Source: Calditrichota bacterium (GTDB lineage: Bacteria; Zhuqueibacterota; Zhuqueibacteria; JANLFK01; Oleimicrobiaceae). From it: a stretch of DNA of 64,000 bases. Each line of letters opens with the position of its first letter. Within the stretch, counting starts at the first letter, position 1. The position numbers were made by a program, and so were the translations under genes. Positions 59,326 through 64,000 of this stretch are shown here, piece by piece. The notes beneath the pieces were generated by a model. The model was not told the origin of the DNA. It was given only the letters and a program-made list of their open reading frames with translations, and ran no database searches. The stretch lies in assembly GCA_014359355.1 (NCBI GenBank), contig JACIZP010000177.1, positions 662 through 64,661 of the forward strand. The letters run 5' to 3'.

Positions 59326-60876
59326 TCACGTCTTCGGCACCAGCTGGCGCACTGCGTCGATGATTGTACCATCCCGAAACTCGATGAGCGCCACGATGCG
59401 CTCGGTGAACGTGGGCTTTTCCGGCTGCCCTGTCATGTCGATCGCCATGCGGTAGAGCTTGTCGATGGGCACGATGGGCAGACTGCTCCGCTTCAAGCGC
59501 TGCAGCAGGTCTTTCCGCCGTGGGTTGATGGCAATGCCGCGCTCGGTGACCACCACGTCGATCATCTCGCCTGGCGCAGTAACGGTCACCACCTTGTCCA
59601 CGATGATCGGCACCCGCCCACGCACCAGCGGCGCGGTGATGATGGTGACCTCTGCGTCGGCGGCGTCTGTGAACCCGCCGATGCCGTGCAGCAACCACCC
59701 GTCGGAGTGGGTGTTCACGTTGACGTTGAAATCAAGGTCGATTTCCGTGGCACCCAGCACCGAAACCTTGACCATCTGGGCAAAACAACCCTTGGTGTGG
59801 TAGTTGTAGGAGACGAAAGGATTGGTCTCGATGTGCCGCGGGTTGTCGCGCAGGGACTGCACTCCAGCCAAGTCAAAGCTCTGGCCGTCGAGAATGTAGC
59901 GGGTGAGGCCCTGGTTGAGCAGGTCCACCATGTACTGCGTCGATCCGCCTCGCACAAAATCGGCGACGACGCCGGCGCGGGCCATGTGCTCGGCCATGAA
60001 CTGCACGAACGCAAGGGAGACACCTCCGGCCCCAGCCTGAAAAGAGAAGTGCGGCTCGTGCATGATGCCGCTATCCACCACCAGCTGCGCGGCGTACTTG
60101 GCGATGAGCAGCCGCGTGGGGCTGCGCGTGATGACCGTGGTGCCGGAAACGATGCGCGCAGGGTCGCCGATGGCATCCACCTGGACGACATAGTCGACGT
60201 TGCCGCCCTGGATGCTCCATGGGTAACAGGGGAAGGGCACAAGGTTATCGGTGACCACCACCACCTTGTCGGCATAAAGGGAATCGGCCAAGGCAAAGCC
60301 GAGCGGGCCGCAGGCCGATTTGCCATAGACGCCGTTGGCGTTGCCGTGGGCATCGGCAGCCGGTGCGGCAATGAAGGCAACATCGATGTGCAGGTCGCCA
60401 TCCTGGATGGCGCGATAGCGGCCGCCGTGGGAGCGGAGCACGCACACGCTCTTCATCTTCCCCAACGAGCACGCCCTGCCCACCGGCCCGTTCATTGAGC
60501 CCTCCACGCGGCGCACCACGCCCTTTTCGATGTGGCGCACCAACGGCTCGTGGCAGGGGAAGAGCGCAGACGGGGCGACCACCAGGTCTTTGAGGCCTCT
60601 GCGCGCCAGCTTGTCCATGACCATGTTCACCACATAGTCGCCATCCCGCAAGTGGTGATGGAAGGAGACCGTCATGCCGTCCTTGATGCCGCAGGCATCG
60701 ATGGCGTCGTCCAGCGACTTGAGCAGTTTGTTGCGGTAGTCGCTGGCTGCACGAATCAGCGCGCCAGCAGTGCGTCCCCCACCTTTGTCGGCATGAGCCC
60801 CTTGGAATGGTCTAAGCTTTCTCCCTTCAATCTCTGTGGGCACTAACCGCCCAACGGCGTTCTCTACCAGGTCCAT
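59326..60876 (-). CDS. citF: Citrate lyase alpha subunit (citrate CoA-transferase)
   Basis: Start at MDLVENAVGRLVPTEIEGRKL; 'LDDAIDACGIKDGMTVSFHHHLRDGD' and overall ~516 aa match CitF family. Confidence 0.75.
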   Translation of the reverse strand: MDLVENAVGRLVPTEIEGRKLRPFQGAHADKGGGRTAGALIRAASDYRNKLLKSLDDAIDACGIKDGMTVSFHHHLRDGDYVVNMVMDKLARRGLKDLVVAPSALFPCHEPLVRHIEKGVVRRVEGSMNGPVGRACSLGKMKSVCVLRSHGGRYRAIQDGDLHIDVAFIAAPAADAHGNANGVYGKSACGPLGFALADSLYADKVVVVTDNLVPFPCYPWSIQGGNVDYVVQVDAIGDPARIVSGTTVITRSPTRLLIAKYAAQLVVDSGIMHEPHFSFQAGAGGVSLAFVQFMAEHMARAGVVADFVRGGSTQYMVDLLNQGLTRYILDGQSFDLAGVQSLRDNPRHIETNPFVSYNYHTKGCFAQMVKVSVLGATEIDLDFNVNVNTHSDGWLLHGIGGFTDAADAEVTIITAPLVRGRVPIIVDKVVTVTAPGEMIDVVVTERGIAINPRRKDLLQRLKRSSLPIVPIDKLYRMAIDMTGQPEKPTFTERIVALIEFRDGTIIDAVRQLVPKT

Positions 60877-60895
60877 TGCCAAACCTCGTGGTTCC

Positions 60896-62083
60896 TCAGT
60901 CGATAAGGCCAAGGGCCTTGGCCAATTGCAGCGTACGCTTTGCCCGTGCCACCACGGGCGCATCGATCATCTTTGTGCCGAGACTGGCGACACCCGCACC
61001 GCGGCGCTCTGCCTCCTCCAACGCAGCAATCACTTGCTGCGCATGCGCAATCCGCTCCGGAGTCGGCGCAAAGGCGCGATGGATGGGCTCAATCTGCGCT
61101 GGGTGGATGACCCCTTTACCTTCAAAGCCCAAGGCGATGGCCTCTTCTGTGCTCTTGACCAAACCGTCGACGTCGGCAACATCGGAGAACACGGTGTCGA
61201 TGGCCTGCACCCGTGCGGCCTTTGCCGCCAGCACCAGCAGGCTGCGCGCCACAAAGCTCTCCTTGCCCTCAACGGTGCGCTCTGCGCCGATGTCTGCGGT
61301 AAAATCCTCCGCTCCGAAGCAAAGGGCGACCACCCGCTGACTGGCAGAGGCGATCTGGTATGCGTTGAGCACGCCTTTGGCGCTTTCGATGAGCGGCATG
61401 AGCCAAATCTGATAGCGAAGGCGATGCTCTCTTTCGAGGGCAGCGACTCTCTCCTCGACCTCCAGCACGCTTTCCGCTGCCTCGCACTTGGGGATGAGGA
61501 TGGTATCAGGTTGGGCCGGTACCACCATCTCTAAGTCGGCTGCGCCAAATTCTGTGGCCAAGGGGTTGATGCGCACGATGCGCTCGGCAGCACCAAAGTC
61601 CACCGCCAGCAGGCTGTTGCGCACCAACACGCGGGCGGCCGCCTTGTCTGCGGGCGCTACCGAGTCCTCAAGGTCCAGAATGACGCTGTCCGCCCCAAAG
61701 AGTCCTGCGTTGAGCATCAGGTCTGGATTGTTGCCGGGCAGATAGAGGCGCGTGCGCCGTAGGCGATCTTTGGGTACCTGTCTCCGCTTGATCCGCCGCT
61801 CCGGCCAGACGCCCAGCCCTTCGACAGGCCAAAGGGCGCGCACCCCCGCCTCCACGCGAGCCTGAATGACGTGGTCTAAGGCGCCCCTGTCGTCTACCGT
61901 CAGGGAGGCATGACGCACGCCCAAAGCCTCGAGGGTAGAGAGAATGGTGGCACGGATTTGTTGGCCAAAGGTGCCCGCCACCGAGCTGACCAGGTCGAGC
62001 CGGATGCCACCGCGTGTCCGTCGCTCGATGGTCAGCAGCAGGTCGCTCTTGTCACTCCTTCCGACTTGGATCTTCTCTGCCAT
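60896..62083 (-). CDS. Fused citrate lyase acyl-carrier (CitD, gamma) + citrate lyase beta/citryl-CoA lyase (CitE) protein
   Basis: Residues ~10-85 'SDKSDLLLTIERRTRGGIRLDL...IRATILSTLEALGVRHASLTVDDRGALDHVIQARVEAGV' align with CitD incl. VDDKGALD block; residues ~110-395 'RRTRLYLPGNNPDLMLNAGLFGADSVILDLEDSVAPADKAAAR...' HpcH/HpaI-CitE fold; single continuous frame. Confidence 0.65.
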   Translation of the reverse strand: MAEKIQVGRSDKSDLLLTIERRTRGGIRLDLVSSVAGTFGQQIRATILSTLEALGVRHASLTVDDRGALDHVIQARVEAGVRALWPVEGLGVWPERRIKRRQVPKDRLRRTRLYLPGNNPDLMLNAGLFGADSVILDLEDSVAPADKAAARVLVRNSLLAVDFGAAERIVRINPLATEFGAADLEMVVPAQPDTILIPKCEAAESVLEVEERVAALEREHRLRYQIWLMPLIESAKGVLNAYQIASASQRVVALCFGAEDFTADIGAERTVEGKESFVARSLLVLAAKAARVQAIDTVFSDVADVDGLVKSTEEAIALGFEGKGVIHPAQIEPIHRAFAPTPERIAHAQQVIAALEEAERRGAGVASLGTKMIDAPVVARAKRTLQLAKALGLID

Positions 62084-62121
62084 ATGTTGTCCTCAACACC
62101 ACAGAGCCTCAACGATTCCGT

Positions 62122-62706
62122 TCACAACAAGCTGGTGACCAACTCCGCCTTGGGGGCTGGAATCACCACCTTGCGCATGAGCAAGCCCTTGCGCTGTACC
62201 ACTGCCGCGCCTGCCTCCACTGCCGCCCTGGCTGCCGCCACCTCTCCCGTGAGGGTCACGAACGACTTGCCGCCAAGTCCCACGGCCAGACGCACCTCGA
62301 TGAGGGTCACCTTGGCTGCCTTGGCCGCGGCATCGGCCGCTTGAATGCTGGAAGCAACCGAAAAGGTCTCGATGATACCCAGCGCCTCGACTTGTTCAAC
62401 TGCGGAGGTCGCGTTGATTGCCGGGAATACGCTCTGGTGGACGCGCGGCAGGACCATTTCGTCGACGACCGTTTCGCCACCTCTGGTCACGCCGGCGTTC
62501 ACGCTGCTCTGCACGGCGGCGACATCGCCACGCACCAGGCAGATATACTTGCCAGGGCAGACCGTCTTGGCCACCACCAGCTCCACCTCGCTCACCTTGA
62601 GCATGGCGTCGGCTGCCTCGATGCCCACGGCGATGCTGTTGAACTCCACCAGACCTATGCAGTCACGCGCCGCTTGCGTCATCATCCCTCTGCCACTTCG
62701 GTTCAC
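62122..62706 (-). CDS. Bacterial microcompartment shell protein, tandem BMC-domain (PduT-like BMC-T)
   Basis: Two BMC domains: 'IGLVEFNSIAVGIEAADAMLKVSEVELVVAKTVCPGKYICLVRGDVAAVQSSVNAG' and 'LGIIETFSVASSIQAADAAAKAAKVTLIEVRLAVGLGGKSFVTLTGEVAAARAAVEAGA'; conserved Cys in KTVCPGKY as in PduT (4Fe-4S site); start may be internal ATG 62682; GTGA overlap with upstream gene. Confidence 0.8.
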   Translation of the reverse strand: MNRSGRGMMTQAARDCIGLVEFNSIAVGIEAADAMLKVSEVELVVAKTVCPGKYICLVRGDVAAVQSSVNAGVTRGGETVVDEMVLPRVHQSVFPAINATSAVEQVEALGIIETFSVASSIQAADAAAKAAKVTLIEVRLAVGLGGKSFVTLTGEVAAARAAVEAGAAVVQRKGLLMRKVVIPAPKAELVTSLL

Positions 62707-63995
62707 GATGCTTCGATGCAGACCATTTCCTCATCCACTTCTGCCACACGGCCAGAGATGGAGGCGTGCACCCGGGCGCTCACCTCGTCTGGGTGGCAAT
62801 CGCCGATGAGTTGCCCAACAACTACCTGCTGGCCGCGCGTTACCACCGGTCGTGCTGGGGCCCCTGCGTGTTGCTTGAGGCGGATGCGCACCCGTTGCGG
62901 GGCCACGGCATCTTCCCAGTAGCGCGCCGGACGGGCATAGGGCGTGAGCTGGAACCGCCCCATCAAACGCGAGGTGGGAATGCGTCGACTGCCCAGGGGC
63001 ACGCGCGCCTTGGTCTCGCGTGGCGCGGGCGCCTGCACCCCTCCACTGCGCAGAGCACGCTTCAACTCCCTGTTCACCAGGCGCGGCGACAACCCCATGG
63101 GACAGGCGTATTCGCAGGCCCCGCACTCTGAGCAGAGCAGGGCCATGCGCGCCACCTCGCTTTTGGCATCCAGGCCCAAGGCCATAGTCCGCATCACTCG
63201 ATGCGGCTCCAAGTGGTGCCCCAGCAGGTAGCGATTGCACGTCTCCGTGCACAATACACACTGCGTGCAAGCAGACCTCGCGTTGCGCAACTGGTGGGCA
63301 ACGCTCTGCGTGCGCGCCTGGACGCAGGGGTGCGCCAAGGGGAGCATAATTACCGCCGCGGTGGTCTTGTCAATGGGGGCCTCGGGATCCGTGGTTAGCG
63401 TCCCCATCATGACCCCGCCCATGAAAAACGCGGGGGCTTCGCACTGCGTGCCGCCGCAGAGCGACAAGAGCTCCCGTACCGTGGTGCCCACAGGCGCACG
63501 CACCACCTTCGGCTGCTGCACACAGCCGCCCACCGTCAGGGTACGGTGCGTGACTGGCTCCCCTTGCCACGCAGCAGCCACATTCCGGAGCGTCTCCACG
63601 TTTTGCACCAGCACACCCACGTGGACCGGCAGCCCCCCTTCGGGCACTAGCCTCCCGGTGGCAAGGGCCACCACCTCATGCTCGTCACCCGCCGGGTAGG
63701 CGTCAGGAAGCTCGACTACCTCCACGCCCTCGCGCCACGCAGCAATCAAGTGCCGGTTCTTTTTCTTGAGAGCGATGGCGAGCCTCTGCGCACCTGTTGC
63801 CTGGGCGATGAGCCGCAGCCCCCTGAGCACTTGCTGCCCCTCGACCCGCAAGACCTCCTGGTCGTTGCACAGAAGAGGCTCACATTCCGCAGCGTTGGCA
63901 ATCACCCACTCCACCCGGTGGGCGAACTTGTGGTGCGTAGGAAATCCTCCGCCTCCACCGCCAACCACACCTGCAGCAAAGACCTTTTGCGCCAA
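62703..63995 (-). CDS. PduS-like RnfC-family flavoprotein with two 4Fe-4S ferredoxin motifs (5' end probably outside window)
   Basis: 'AAGVVGGGGGGFPTHHKF...VIANAAECEPLLCNDQ' (RnfC/PduS NADH-binding + SLBB), 'CTQCVLCTETC' and 'CSECGACEYACP' ferredoxin motifs; ORF reaches window edge. Confidence 0.7.
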   Translation of the reverse strand: MAQKVFAAGVVGGGGGGFPTHHKFAHRVEWVIANAAECEPLLCNDQEVLRVEGQQVLRGLRLIAQATGAQRLAIALKKKNRHLIAAWREGVEVVELPDAYPAGDEHEVVALATGRLVPEGGLPVHVGVLVQNVETLRNVAAAWQGEPVTHRTLTVGGCVQQPKVVRAPVGTTVRELLSLCGGTQCEAPAFFMGGVMMGTLTTDPEAPIDKTTAAVIMLPLAHPCVQARTQSVAHQLRNARSACTQCVLCTETCNRYLLGHHLEPHRVMRTMALGLDAKSEVARMALLCSECGACEYACPMGLSPRLVNRELKRALRSGGVQAPAPRETKARVPLGSRRIPTSRLMGRFQLTPYARPARYWEDAVAPQRVRIRLKQHAGAPARPVVTRGQQVVVGQLIGDCHPDEVSARVHASISGRVAEVDEEMVCIEAS

Positions 63996-64000
63996 AGAAC

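Noticed and set aside
59686-61534. Three + strand ORFs (228-270 aa)
   Set aside because: Antisense to citF and citDE, which have clear family signatures

Overview
Visibly GC-rich bacterial chromosomal window of about 55 protein-coding genes, with no rRNA, tRNA, CRISPR array or mobile element recognised. The lineage has a type IX secretion system (T9SS): two proteins end in the classic T9SS C-terminal sorting domain, next to a SusC-like TonB-dependent receptor and a PorV/FadL-like outer-membrane barrel. Housekeeping genes include rtcA, a TrmH/SpoU methyltransferase, cca, ubiB, proS, era, purA, secDF and a GT9 LPS heptosyltransferase. Promoter-like sequences found match the canonical sigma70 pattern. 

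Main content, 5' to 3':
- Proline dehydrogenase, a signal-peptide-bearing six-hairpin glycosidase coupled to a flavin reductase, rtcA, a PAP2-like membrane protein and the TrmH methyltransferase.
- A minus-strand operon of the TonB-dependent receptor, a 1033-aa T9SS cargo protein and the PorV-like barrel, with a structured leader: promoter, intrinsic terminator hairpin, and a perfect palindrome AAAAGTTGCAACTTTT.
- A long minus-strand array: ubiB, cca, Yip1, TolC, lipoprotein, MacA-like adaptor, MacB-type ATPase, two FtsX/MacB permeases, a STAS anti-sigma antagonist and a pentapeptide-repeat protein.
- A 1481-aa secreted surface protein with a C-terminal tandem repeat, followed by a small T9SS cargo protein.
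- proS, an alanine:cation symporter, a Cys-rich protein translationally coupled to era, a SpoIID/LytB protein, an alkaline-phosphatase-superfamily metalloenzyme and a BFN-domain nuclease.
- A minus-strand operon of an NTF2-like protein, an M28 peptidase and a UroD/MtaA-family protein; then the GT9 heptosyltransferase, a GlcD-like FAD oxidase coupled to glycerate kinase, and a class-IV aminotransferase.
- A 1414-aa protein with five lamin-tail-domain repeats, purA, a second STAS paralog placed after secD-secF, and at the 3' edge of the window a partial bacterial-microcompartment-type cluster.

That edge cluster is a PduS-like RnfC-family Fe-S flavoprotein and a PduT-like tandem BMC-domain shell protein, immediately followed by a citrate lyase module (a fused CitD-CitE gene plus citF). 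This co-localisation is not a catalogued microcompartment type and is the most unusual feature of the window, but the locus runs off the window edge.
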